Of a stretch of 64,000 bases of DNA, positions 12,592 to 25,697 are shown in pieces. The notes beneath the pieces were generated by a model, which worked only from the letters and a program-made list of their open reading frames with translations, was not told the DNA's origin and searched no databases. A program made the translations under genes and the position numbers. Every line of letters begins with the position of its first letter. The stretch's first letter is position 1. The stretch is from Octopus vulgaris (lineage: Eukaryota), in NCBI GenBank assembly GCA_951406725.2, contig OX597825.1, positions 3,782,001 through 3,846,000 of the forward strand, written 5' to 3'.

Positions 12592-13198
12592 TTATGATTT
12601 ATATTCCTGTTGATGTTTGCTTGATGAATTTTGCGTTTTGGTTGTGGTACTTTACTTGGTTTCGTTATGTTTTCTGTCTTGTTTTTGGTATTATGTATGC
12701 TACTTTTCAATTTCTTGTTAGCATTGTTTTTAACCACCTGGAGAAATGATCTGGGTTTACTTCTAGATCTAGATCGGTTTTTTGTCCAGTTTCTTGTGGG
12801 TAATCTCTGTTGAGGTCTTGAAAATGATCTCCTGTTATTTCTACTGCTAATGGTTTGTTCAAAACAATATCTATTTTGTTTGTGCTTTTTGTTCATGTTG
12901 TGTGCATTAGGGTGTTTGCATACAAAATGGGAAGAGTTCTTACCGTAGTTCGTCTTCGATTCGTGGTGAAACGGGTGTTCATGTTGCCACGTGTTCTGGT
13001 GTATGTTGCGTTGGTGAGGTTGTCCACTTTTAATGCTATTTCTCGGAGTTCTGGTGTCTTTACCGTAATTTGTAGCATATTTGTCGAGAAATAATTGTTT
13101 CCGCTGCCAAAACTTTCTTGATCTGCTTTCTTCTTTTGAGATATCTCTGATCCATAGTTCTCGCATTTTTTCTGCTATATTGCCGGTCGTTAGTTTGG
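12498..13198 (-). CDS. 5'-truncated basic upstream ORF of the PLE (Arg/Lys/Asn-rich, RSRSRS), overlapping the RT frame in -1 phase
   Basis: Open for about 235 codons directly upstream of RT on the same strand and with the same A-rich composition; cut off at the inversion junction. Confidence 0.65.
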
Positions 13199-15222
13199 AT
13201 TTCACCCCACCAAAAGGAAGAAATAACTACCTTGACCAATACATTGATATCCTGTCTAAATTTCCTCTTAGACGCAATACCAATGTTAGGCCAAACATTA
13301 GCAAATCAGAGATGTCTGCATGTAAACGTATACAAAACGATCAAACAATAATAATTAAACAAGCAGATAAAGGTGGTGCAATTGTTATTATGGATACCGA
13401 ATACTATAAGGATTTGGTTGAAGACCAACTGAAGGATACAACCTTCTATTGTGAAATACCCGCAAATATAGACCACCACATCATGAAAAAGATCAACAAC
13501 CTGATTTCAACACACCACAACTCACTTACGGATAATGAAAAAGACTACATCACCAATTTTGAACCAAAACCCAGCAACTTCTACGGCTTACCAAAAATAC
13601 ACAAATCAAAAAACATTCAACAGGCAGTAAAAGAACAAGAAAGTGAGTACATAAAATTATTACATCCAAAAGACCTAAAACTTAGACCTATTATAGCTGG
13701 TCCAGCATGCCCTACACACCGTCTAAGCAATTTTATTGACATTGTTTTGAAACCACTATGTACTTACATACCAAGTTTCATCAGGGATGACATCGACTTC
13801 CTGTCCCATCTTCCCAAAACAACAGAAACAAATTCAGTTTTGCTAAGTTTTGATGTGGTAAGCCTCTACACCAATATTCCACACGATTTAGGAATAAAGG
13901 CGATTAAATACTGGTTAGAAAAACATAGAGAAGTGATTCCCAGCAGATTCACAGTGCCATTTATATTAGACACAGTCAAACTTATTCTAGAAAATAACAC
14001 ATTCTTCTTCAATGGAAAGAATTACATCCAAATTAGAGGCACGGCGATGGGAACGAGGTTTGCTCCCGTTTACGCCAACTCTGTAATGGGATACTTAGAA
14101 GAACAACTCTACCAAGAGGTGGAGGTAAACTATGGCACTGGATTTAGAAAGTATATTGAAAAGGCATGGAAGAGATACCTAGACGACTGTTTCATAATCT
14201 GGACAGAATCTCTAAATACTCTGGAAGAGTTCAATATCCTCCTGAACAACCTACACCCATCTCTCAAATTTACAAAGGAGATGAGTAGTACCAAATTACC
14301 ATTCCTGGATATAATGGTAATTAAAAAAGACACCACCATCACCACAGATATATACTATAAACACACAGACACACATCAATACCTAAATTTTAAGTCGTGC
14401 CATCCACCACATACAAAACGTAACATCCCATACTGCCTAGCCAGAAGAATTTGTACTATTGTAGAAGATGCAAATATCAGGAACAAACGCCTAATAGAAC
14501 TAAGAGAATTTTTGCTCAAACAAAAATACCCATCTCTACTTATAGAAAATGGCATACAGCGGGCTATAAAAATACCTATACAACAACTTAGGACAACCCA
14601 AGGAAGAGGAAAACAAGAACAAGTCATACCATTCATAGTGACACACAACCCATGTCACCAGAATATCTTCAACATTGCCAAAGCAAACCTTCCAATCATT
14701 GCCCAAAGTAATGAATTAAAAGACATAATCAAGGATCGAGCTATGGTGCTTAGTAAAAGACAGCCTAAAAACTTGAAAACATTACTAACAAAGGCAAAAT
14801 TTGACCTCAGCAACAAAGACCAAACATTCACGGTATCTAAATGCAATGATAGCCGATGTGGCACATGCCAATTCATACATACCGGTCAATATATAAACAC
14901 AAAAACCGGGAAAATATTCACAAACGCGAATATGAACTGCAAAAGCAGAAATTTAATTTACTGCATCAAATGCCCAAATTGTGAAGAAATATATGTAGGT
15001 CAGACGGGAAACGCACTATTAGAACGCTCACGTGTACACCGGCAACAGATTAGAGACCCAGAGGTCCGTCAGATACCTTTGAGTAACCACCTAGCAACAT
15101 GTGGTCGGAAAATATATATAATATTTCCATTCTACAAATTACACAGCCCAAGTGAAATCGAGAGGAAAATCAGAGAAAAGAATTTTATTGATAAATTCGA
15201 ACCCAAGCTAAATAAGCAATAA
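13199..15222 (+). CDS. Second (inverted, 5'-truncated) copy of PLE RT / GIY-YIG ORF; first ATG at 13312
   Basis: Translation identical to the left copy from FTPPKG onward. The N-terminal ~39 aa of the 713-aa ORF are antisense spacer sequence. Confidence 0.93.
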
Positions 15223-15539
15223 TAATAATACTTAGAGGTATTACTTCCACTGCTACGACCATGACCACTAACAACAACAACAATACTAAAGGTGATCAAG
15301 ACGAAGATAGCAGGAAAATTATCTTATTTAGGGTTAAAAGTTCTATTGCCACCACCATCACCACTAGCAACAATAATTAAGGTGCTGACAATGATGATGA
15401 TGACAATTGAAATATAAAAATATAAAAATCTCTGACAAAGGATATTTACAACATTTCTAAAAATAACCCAACAATTGCTGCTTCGGCCAGGGTCAAAATA
15501 CAGGACTCTTGACCTGTCCAACAAAGCGTGATGCCTAAA

Positions 15540-15685
15540 CCAATCAGCTCAACCAACCAATCAGCTTAAGTAATTGAGTGATACTACACACTGATTGGTC
15601 AGAATACAGTTTGCAAAACCTAGCACTCTGGAGCCTACCCAGCTGTATTTATAGCACAGAATCACTCATCTTGCTACAGTCAAAA
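15540..15685 (+). promoter_or_regulatory. Putative pol II promoter in PLE pseudo-LTR (mirror at about 9801-9946 on minus)
   Basis: CCAATCAG at 15540 and 15557, reverse CTGATTGG at 15591, TATTTATA at 15646, Inr-like ACAGTC about 30 nt downstream. Confidence 0.55.
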
Positions 15686-15716
15686 ATTGTGAAGCATGAC
15701 TGTCAACACTACTACA

Positions 15717-15761
15717 TGAACCCGAAGATTGCAGAATTCAATGCATGAAAGTACTAGTTCA
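15717..15761 (+). ncRNA. Minimal type I hammerhead ribozyme in right pseudo-LTR
   Basis: TGAAC CCGAAGA T-TGCA-gaattcaa-TGCA-T GAAA GTAC TA|GTTCA. Stem I TGAAC/GTTCA, palindromic stem III AGTACT, U4C core variant. Confidence 0.7.
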
Positions 15762-15895
15762 ATCAGAATGAATATTTAACATTCTACTATTTCATTTTAT
15801 TTTATTTTATTCAATTATAATATATTATCTTATAATATATCATTATAAGATTGTAAATAAAACGTGAAAATCAGACAAGGTTGGAATTCTTTTTA

Positions 15896-15934
<39 letters not shown>

Positions 15935-16023
15935 CATGAATAGATAGACAGATGGCTATAGAGATAGATAGGGAGAAACATCGTTTGATTGATGCGTACA
16001 TTGACTAATTGATGTAGTTATAG

Positions 16024-16069
<46 letters not shown>

Positions 16070-16357
16070 ATAAGTATGTATGTATGTATGTATGTATATG
16101 TATGTATGTCATAATATTGAACACCTGCTAGGTAGTCTTTCGCATGGGCTCGACTCAGACAGGAATTTCAATAGCCATCACACTTATCTTGCACTGAATT
16201 TAAGTAATACAAGTTGCATAACAATAATTATGCTGAACAAGTAAACCATTCCGGTAATATTTATATTTGCTTATAAACTGGCAAATATTTACACAGGCTA
16301 TTAAAATGTGTCTATATTGACGTAAGAAATTTTGCTAGACAGTGTTTACATATGTGA

Positions 16358-16713
<356 letters not shown>

Positions 16714-17696
16714 TTACTTTACACAATTTTGTTTTTAACATCTTGGGAAACATTCACTAAGACATTTCTTTATTTTTTTTTTTGCAATCAAATAGGAATT
16801 TTATATTACATCCTCACATAAAAAATGTACAGTGACGCACAATCATTAAGATATGTATCTTCATATCGAACCGTGCATCAATAGATACGCAGGTGAATCC
16901 CGAAACTCCACATTGTTCTTCCATGTGTATTATGGTTTGCGCACGTAAGAGCTACTCCATCAAATTGTCTTATCTCTATCATAACCAAAAGCACCACTAA
17001 ATTCCTTCTAATTAGATCTTAACCGCATGGTTAATGTCTGAGTAAACTGAAATAGTTCAGCAAATCCAAGATTACTTTTCTTTCATGTTTGTGTCCTCTT
17101 AATTCTAGTAGGAAGTAGCGAAATGCAAAGGACCTATATTGCATTATAATTATTACTTTAAAAGAGTACTGTAAGTTATTGGGTGACTTCTTGGAGGACA
17201 ATTATAGTTAACCGCAGGTACCTACGGAAAGAAACAACCATCCTCGACTAGTTCTAATTATGTGCGAAATCTTCGCCATAAGGAACATATTGTCATAAGC
17301 CATATATAGAAAGCGTTCTTGTCGGTTACTTCTTATTCCAAGTATACGATGATCCACAGTTTAATGCAATGTTCGAAAATATAATATTACAGCATTTATT
17401 GCCGAAAAATACTGCAAAGAGAGACTAAACAACGGCAGTTAATTGCTAACTGCTTTGGGCAATAGAAAAGACCAGTGTGGACGGCAGCAACAAGACACAA
17501 CGAGCCATTGTTCGTCTGTGATAAGCCTAAAACACGTATTAAAAGTATAATATGGGGGTATATATTTCATGTGGAATGTACAGAACTCAAAAACTGTCAC
17601 TGCCGTATATCTATTTATCTATCTATCTATATATATATATATTTACATACATATATATGTGAGTGTATATATATACATACATATATGTATATATTG

Positions 17697-18040
17697 TTCT
17701 ATTTGTTTCAGTCATTTGACTGCGGCCATGTTGGAGCACCGCCATTTGGTGGAAGAAATAGCCCCCAGGACTTATTCTTCGTAAGCGTAGTACTTATTAT
17801 ATCGTAACCTTTTGAAGAACCACTAAGTTATGGGGACGTAAACACATCAACATCGGTTCTGAAACGACGATGTATGGACAAACACAGACACAAACATATA
17901 CCTATATAAATATATACAGCATAATGATTTGGTCGGTCTAGTGCTATAGAAGAAGCCACTTGCCCTAAGTGCCACGCAGTGGGACTAAACCTGGAATCAT
18001 GTGGTTAGTAAGCAAGCTACCTACCCTCCAGCCACTTCGT
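17697..18040 (-). mobile_element. tRNA-derived SINE, family B (diverged)
   Basis: Homologous to 19778-20200 and 37527-37899. Confidence 0.75.
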
Positions 18041-18058
18041 ATGGGTATCTGTGCGTGG

Positions 18059-18188
<130 letters not shown>

Positions 18189-18896
18189 ATATTCACATAC
18201 ATAGAGTATACGCATTCGTAAACACATAGATAAACAGACAGATATAGATGTGTATCTCTATATACATGTGTGTGCGTGTTTGTGTATGAGCCAGTGTGCA
18301 CGCGATGTGTTCGTGTGTGTGTGCGCGCATGCGTATTATTCCATATAGCAGAAATTTACTATTCGGAGGAAATATAACACCTTATGAATATATGAAAATA
18401 TAGTGTAAAGAAAAACATTAATTACACTCAATATTCTGAACGTGATAGTATCATATATTTTCAACTTTAGCTATATGTATTCATGGAACGAATTAATATG
18501 TCGTCGGATATCATCTGGTAACTGAAAAGATATGGAAATTGTTATATAATTAAAATAAAATAAGTATAAAAACAAATATATATATGTATAAATAATGATT
18601 AGCTGTTTAGAATATCTCGTTTCGGATAACCTAATGTCATATACATTAAAACTACTTAAGATGCATTTTGAAATTATATTATATTTATTAACTTGCCTGA
18701 ATTATCAAGAGTGTAGCTCATACTAATGTTCTCTCATTGTGTTTAACAAGATTTTATTCATATATGTTACTGCTGTCTCGAAATTTGTATTACAGATAAG
18801 TGTTACTGACCAGATGATAACATGTATGGAAGTACGTATGTATGTGAAAGTACGTATATATGTATGTGTATATTTATGTATGTAGGTATGTATGTA

Positions 18897-19750
18897 CGAG
18901 GTATGATCAATAAATATCAGGACCGTTGACATAGTAACGAAGCTAAAGCAATGAGAGTAAAGCCGCTTAGCGCAGAGTGACCGTAAATGCTTGTGTGCAC
19001 ACGCGCGGAATTTCAAGGTAGCAGCTAACTCCAAGCAGTGCTTGGAATGAATGTGTATAGCGTGTGATTGTCGCATTGATCATGACAGAGAGAGTTTTCA
19101 TGACTATGCCTGCTCAGAAGGCTAAGCAAAGTTGCACAAAGTTTATTGAGAGGGGTGTATGATTCGCACACAAGTGTACGAGTTGCTCAGACGTTTCAAA
19201 GTTGGCCGAAAGAATGTCGATATTGAAGCACGTTCTGGGAGACCCGCAACCATCAAAATTGAGAAAGACATCGTAGATGTGCGTTCAATGTTTGGTAAAG
19301 ACGTCGAATCATTATCAGTGAGTTATCAGAGGATGTGCAGATTAGTTACGGTTCTGTTCGGTCCATTATCAATGAAGGTTTGGGTATGGGACGCGTGTCT
19401 GTCAATATTCCACCAAAACTGCTTTCAGCAGACAAAGAAAGCACTCGGGTTTCAGTTGCACAAGATACCTTTGAATATATCGAGAATAATGAACACTTTT
19501 TGAAAACTTTGCGTATGCCTCTCAGCAAGTATCGCCAGGCCTTTAGCAAAATTTGATGCACATTTTCTGCTCAACTTGCTCTGCGATGATCAATGCGACT
19601 ATCACACGCTACACACTTACATTCAAAGCGTTGTTATAAACTTGAACGTTAAAATTTATTTTCCGTTCCGTCTGTGCCAAGCGGCTTCACCATGCGTGCT
19701 TATGCCTTGTTACTCTGGTAACAGTTCGGATGCTTATTGATCAGACAACC
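18897..19750 (+). mobile_element. Internally deleted mariner transposon
   Basis: TA flanks; TIRs TGATCAATAAATATCAGGACCGTT / AACAGTTCGGATGCTTATTGATCA; long subterminal inverted matches; transposase HTH remnant QVYELLRRFKVGRKNVDIEARSGRP and ISYGSVRSII..IPPKLL. Confidence 0.85.
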
Positions 19751-19777
19751 TATGTGGGTATGGCTGTATGTATGTAT

Positions 19778-19996
19778 CTCTTTCTCTTTCTCTTTTACTT
19801 GTTTCAGTCATTTGACTGCGGCCATGCTGGAGCACCGCCTTTAGTCGAGCAAATCGACCCCGGGACTTATTCTTTGTAAGCCCAGTACTTATTCTATCGG
19901 TCTCTTTTGCCGAACCGCTAAGTGACGGGGACGTAAACACACACCAGCATCGGTTGTCAAGCAATGCTAGAGGGACAAACAAAAACACACACATAC

Positions 19997-20029
<33 letters not shown>

Positions 20030-20200
20030 CATATATACGACAGGCTTCTTTCAGTTTCCGTCTACCAAATCCACTCACAAGGCATTGGTCGGCCCGGGGC
20101 TATAGCAGAAGACAATTGCCCAAGATGCCACGCAGTGGGATTGAACCCAGAACCATGTGGTTGGTTAGCAAGCTACTTACCACACAGCCACTCCTGCGCC
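19778..20200 (-). mobile_element. tRNA-derived SINE, family B, full length with internal (TA)n/(TG)n
   Basis: Minus-strand A box TGGCTGTGTGGTAAG and B box GGTTCAATCCC; near-identical to 37527-37899. Confidence 0.9.
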
Positions 20201-20669
20201 TGGTTGTTTATGTGTTTATGGGTGTTTATGTATATATATATATGTATGTCTGTGTATGGTTGTGCGTATGAATGTATCTGTGTGTATGTATTGTGTGTGT
20301 TTGTATGTATGTACATACGAATATATGTATGTATAAGATGGATATATAGGGATACATGATGCGGCCGAGTGCACTAATAGCTCTCGTGTATATTCCAAGT
20401 TCTAGTGAACCACATCAAATAGTAATAAAAATGCATCTGACGGTTAATTCCGAGTTCGCTTTTCTGTGTTTTGAACATTTTCAAGAGTGTAAATTCCACC
20501 AGAATTACGTAGCATACGAAGGTGTGTCTTCAATTTATTTTTTTCTTTTAATTAAACCCTGTCATTCGCCCGTCATTGCTTGTGTTGCATATTTTGCGGT
20601 TAGATTCTCTTTATCTCTTCCAGGATTCTTCGACTGGTTTCACAATGCGATTTTATTATTATTTTTTAT

Positions 20670-20675
20670 TATTAA

Positions 20676-20772
<97 letters not shown>
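20670..20772. repeat. (TAT)n(TAG)n microsatellite
   Basis: Direct reading. Confidence 0.95.
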
Positions 20773-20773
<1 letters not shown>

Positions 20774-22173
20774 TCATTATTTTGATTGCCTTTGCACAGC
20801 TTCTAGCGCTGGAGATGTACTACGGTGTCAGCTGTTCACTAGCAGTAAACTAAGGTAACACCATTATTATTATTATCATTATTATTATTATTGTTGTTGT
20901 TGTTGTTTTTTTTCTCTGTTTTATTAGCAATAATATTTCAAATGGATAAAATGAAAAACGTTTGATTTTTACGCAATTTCTTTCCTACCTGTTTCGCAGA
21001 ATTACATTACAAGTATTGAATCGCATTTTCGTTCTGTTGAATCATCTTTGGAAGTAAAAATTTGTCAGTGTTGTTGTTGTTGCTGTTGAAGTTGACAGAT
21101 TTTGAAATGTATTAAGGTGATGTCCTGTTTTTACAATAAATCTTTTCCTCAAATGGACCTGATTGTAATTGAGGAGGCTCATAAAATATCTGGATATAAT
21201 TTTAGGTGTTCAACAATCAATATTCATCTCTCTCTTAGATTCGAACTATCATTTTTGCCACACTAATGTCTAATTTTAAAATTTTGAATTTTCGAAAAAT
21301 GTATAAATTGGGGTTAAAGAATAATGATTAATTTCAATAATATCTTCTCTTTACGCATAGTCCTTAAATGTATCATGATGAGAGCCATCCCAGCAGATCA
21401 CGAAGAAGCTATGGAGAATATTTCACATTCGGATTCTAGATTTAGTTCAGTTTCGAAATTTTTTTCATACCATGTGCAATTTTTCCTTGATCCTCTTTCA
21501 TTATACCTTGATATTTTGAAATTGTGTTGCATTTCTTTATGGTGTTATGATGTTTGTCAAAGAATGTTAATATGTATGAGTTTTTCTAATGAAATTCTGG
21601 ATAAGTGAATCCGCTAACTTACCTTCTCGTGTCCTACTCATTTTGCCCCAGTTACATTTGTATTTATTATAATCAAAAGGAACAAAGATAATGTTTTAAA
21701 ATAAGTGTGTCGTGAATATGTAATAGTGTTTTATATACATTTGGAGATGTCATTTACTTAGCACATCATTGAGGTTTTGTAAGGTAGTCAACATTTTTAA
21801 CATCTTTTTCTCTTTCGTCAAAGACAAAAATTCGCTAAATCTTACTTATTGTGCCTCACCCCACACCTACTCAAAACCAGTTCTGAATAGCCTGTACTGC
21901 TCGAAAAGTTATATAGTGAAGAAGCTAATGCAATTCATATGTTCTAATAACATGTAAATTGAACGGATGAGCTTATTACTATCACCAAATGTAATATTAG
22001 CAATAATAAGGAAATATTGGGAAGTGTACGTATTCAGATATAATAAATGTTGACACATTATTTTGATTTAATGTTATACACATGTCTCGCTGAATTATTC
22101 ATAAAATTATGAGTATAGACGTAGAATGTATATACAAAAGCATACAAGCATGTGCTATTGTGTGTGTGTGTGT

Positions 22174-22218
<45 letters not shown>

Positions 22219-24144
22219 AAATCGCATAGTAAAAATATATGTCAGCATTCAAGTTAAAACATAAAATAGCATATTCGAGTTAAAATATGTCGCATAGTAT
22301 CCGCTGATAGTGTTTTGGGAATGTCATATTGCCACATAAGTAATATCAAAACATTGCTAAAATCAACTCATGTTAATAAAAATCTATGTCGTTGTTCGCA
22401 TTAGTCACGTCACTGAAACATATTTCATACAAACGAAGTTGGTACAAACAACGACATCGAAGATCCAATTGGGAAACATAACGAAGTCAAAATACATGTT
22501 GGATACTGTATCCAACAGAACTGTATCCTACATATCACGCATAGGTCTCTTAACCAAACAATGTATTTCGGATTCAGATAATCAAAACGTTAGAGGCATC
22601 ATTATAGAAAAAAAGGAGACGGATCGTTTCTAACATTTTAGGATGAGCATTTATAAAAACAAAAAAAGAAAAGAAAAAAATCCAGTTCGAATTCGCTCGA
22701 ATTTTTCTAAAATTCTATGACGTCAACAAGTGGCAATTTTTGATAGTAAGAATATATTTATTAAATGAATAGCGAAACTCAAAGCATTGGTTTGGTACAA
22801 TGTTTGGACGCACGTCATCTCCCTACAAGAGGTATGTGCTAAAGTCCCCACGACGAACCTCCGTATTTTTCTTTCCAATCCAATATGCATATGCTATTAT
22901 TTAGAGGTTTATGCGTCTGATTCGAGATACCATAACAAAAACAAAAACAAAGAAAAAAGAATCTCACAAAAGCGTTTCTGTAACGTCAGCTAAAACCAAA
23001 CGATGAAACAATGAATTAAATTCAATTTATGATAAACGCACTTACGCATATATACGTACATATGTGTGTGTACGGATATATTAGGTATACGTATATGCAT
23101 AGGCATTTATATCACGTTATAATGTGGTTGTATCTCTTCACAGAATCCACATTTTATTTTGTTTTAGTAACACATTTTAAGGTAAATCTGTGTTCATATT
23201 CAATAAATATAACAGTTACAATCCCATTGTTTCAGTGATACCACTGTTTCCAAAATTCGTGCTCGTTCTCATCACATGCAAAAGTTTTCATCAGACACAA
23301 CATCGAAGAACACCATACACTTATAATAATATTACTCATTATAATTCCACACTTGCACATATCCACTTATCTATAAACACGCCACTAAAACACATACATC
23401 AATATATATATATATATATATATATATGTTTTTGATCTAGTTTGGATTCTTTGCAATCAAATTTTAATTTTTCAAAGGGACTTTGTAAGGCAAGCTAAAG
23501 CGCAGAAAACGGTCAACAGGCATGCGCTGAAGTGTTGCAAACGGTAGAAAGTAGGAGTCTTCATCCTCGAAAAAATATTCGATGAGCACAAATCGATCTG
23601 AAGCTAGTTTCTCGAAATTGGTGCACAAGCCTTGAAAAAATAAAGAGAGTTAAACTACATATGCCGTAACGGAATACATGTCTATCTTATCTAAGTCGTC
23701 AAATAATGCCCGCTGTAACTCGAACTTCGATCTAAAACCGAGCTTGGGACAACAAACACGAGTAGGATGAACTCGAATAGTAAGCTCTTTGATCTTTATA
23801 ACCGTTTTATGACGTCACTTTTATTGTCCAAAAATTGTTCAATTTCCAGGTCTTCAAAGCGAATGAACTGGTTCTTTTAAAGTCACTCTTGGGTAAAGGT
23901 GGAATAGAGAGCTCGAATAGCATAGTTCTCGAATGAAAACTCTTCAGCTATCAAGAGCGTATGAGCAATCGGGTGATTTCTGCCAATGAGGTATTGAAAA
24001 TCTTATTGAAAGTTGGGATGATGTTGTAAACCACAAGGATGAATACATTATTAATTAATTAGTTGTTATTTTTTATTAAACCTTTTAAAAAATGTAAATT
24101 TAAAACAACGGCTGGACCTTTGTTGCCAACCTAATACATACAAG

Positions 24145-24302
24145 GAGTGTCTTTCAGTTTCCTTCTGCCAACATTGTCTCACAAGGATTTGGTTGGCCCG
24201 AGACTATAGTAGAAGACCTTTGCTCAAACTGCCACTCGTGGGACTGAACTCGGAACCTTGTGGTTGGGAAACAAGCTTCTTACCATACAGTATCTCCTGC
24301 GT
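24145..24302 (-). mobile_element. 5' half of SINE family B
   Basis: ctttcagtttcc..gggactgaac..cttcttaccatacag..ctcctgcg matches the family head. Confidence 0.7.
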
Positions 24303-25025
24303 TGTTTAATACCAAAAATTAGTTTGTTGGTGAATAGTGATAAATATTTATGTTTTCCTAACGCTGCGTTAATTTATCGGTATGGATAAATGTTGAATTT
24401 ATATCTGTTTACGTTGGAAATGAAAGTGATACTTGTGCCTATTAATTTTGAGTAGGCATATGTCTGTGTTCCCGATACAGAAAAATCCCTGCCCTTTCTC
24501 TGTTCTACACCAATAAACATTTTTCAGTGTGAGAGTGCATATATATGTTCATGGGGATGTAGGTTTATGCAAATATTAACATGTGCCTTTGCATATCCAT
24601 GAATAATAAGATTTTGCTCAATATACCAGAATATATCTAGTAACTACGCGAAAATAATTATATTTATATAATATATGTTGTTATGCCCTCATACGCGTGT
24701 GTGTGTGCGTGCGTAAAAGAATAGCTATCTTTCTTCGCTTGCAACAGCAATCAAACAATATAACACATGCAGACACACACCCAGAATCTCACTCATATCT
24801 GCATACGAATTTATGTGTTAAAGTAGCGAATGATGCATGAAAAATCAAACCTATCGGACTTACTCGAGGAGATGGCGTTGTTTGTTTTTCTAGCTTTTTA
24901 TTTTTCACAGGAAATATTTCTTTCTCTGTTTCTTATGTTTACTACGAATAACAATATCGATTATTTCACTCATATATTCCCCAACATCAGCCACACACAC
25001 ACACACACACACATACATACATACA

Positions 25026-25119
<94 letters not shown>

Positions 25120-25514
25120 AATCTCTTCTGATTATTTATTTCTCTAAAACAAGTTTTACATAGACTTCCTCATGAAACATTTCCTCACGAAATTTTCAGC
25201 ATTGATTTGTTATGCCCATTCATTATAAAGTAGTAAGAGTTTATATACACAGTATCCGGTAATCCGGCATAATTCGTATGCTCATCCAGGCATACAAAAG
25301 CGAGTATATATTATTCCTTCTAGATATTCATCCCCGATGCAGAAACGAATGTAATAAATCCCTTTATTTTAAAAACAAATATATTTTACTGTGTTTATTG
25401 TGTTAGTATTTTTGATAATACAAAATATTTTCTAGAGTTTGGTATCATGCAAAAGGTGTTCAGATATATAAAGTATGAAACTGGGGAGAACTATTCGTCA
25501 TTCGTGTGTGTGTA

Positions 25515-25697
<183 letters not shown>

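Larger units (their letters stand above)
9556..15904. mobile_element. Penelope-like retroelement (Neptune-type), head-to-head inverted insertion in (TA)n
   Basis: Two RT-GIY-YIG ORFs with identical translations on opposite strands. Arms 9582-12287 and 13199-15904; 26-nt extra 3' tail at 9556-9581; (TA)n on both flanks. Confidence 0.95.

Noticed and set aside
13081-13198. N-terminal extension of the 713-aa ORF as a novel domain
   Set aside because: It starts at TTG and is the antisense of the spacer ORF, fused by chance at the inversion junction.
10264-15222. Telomerase, retron, group II intron or Naiad selenoprotein interpretation
   Set aside because: The C-terminal GIY-YIG with CCHH, the DKG motif and the absence of in-frame TGA fit a canonical EN+ PLE.
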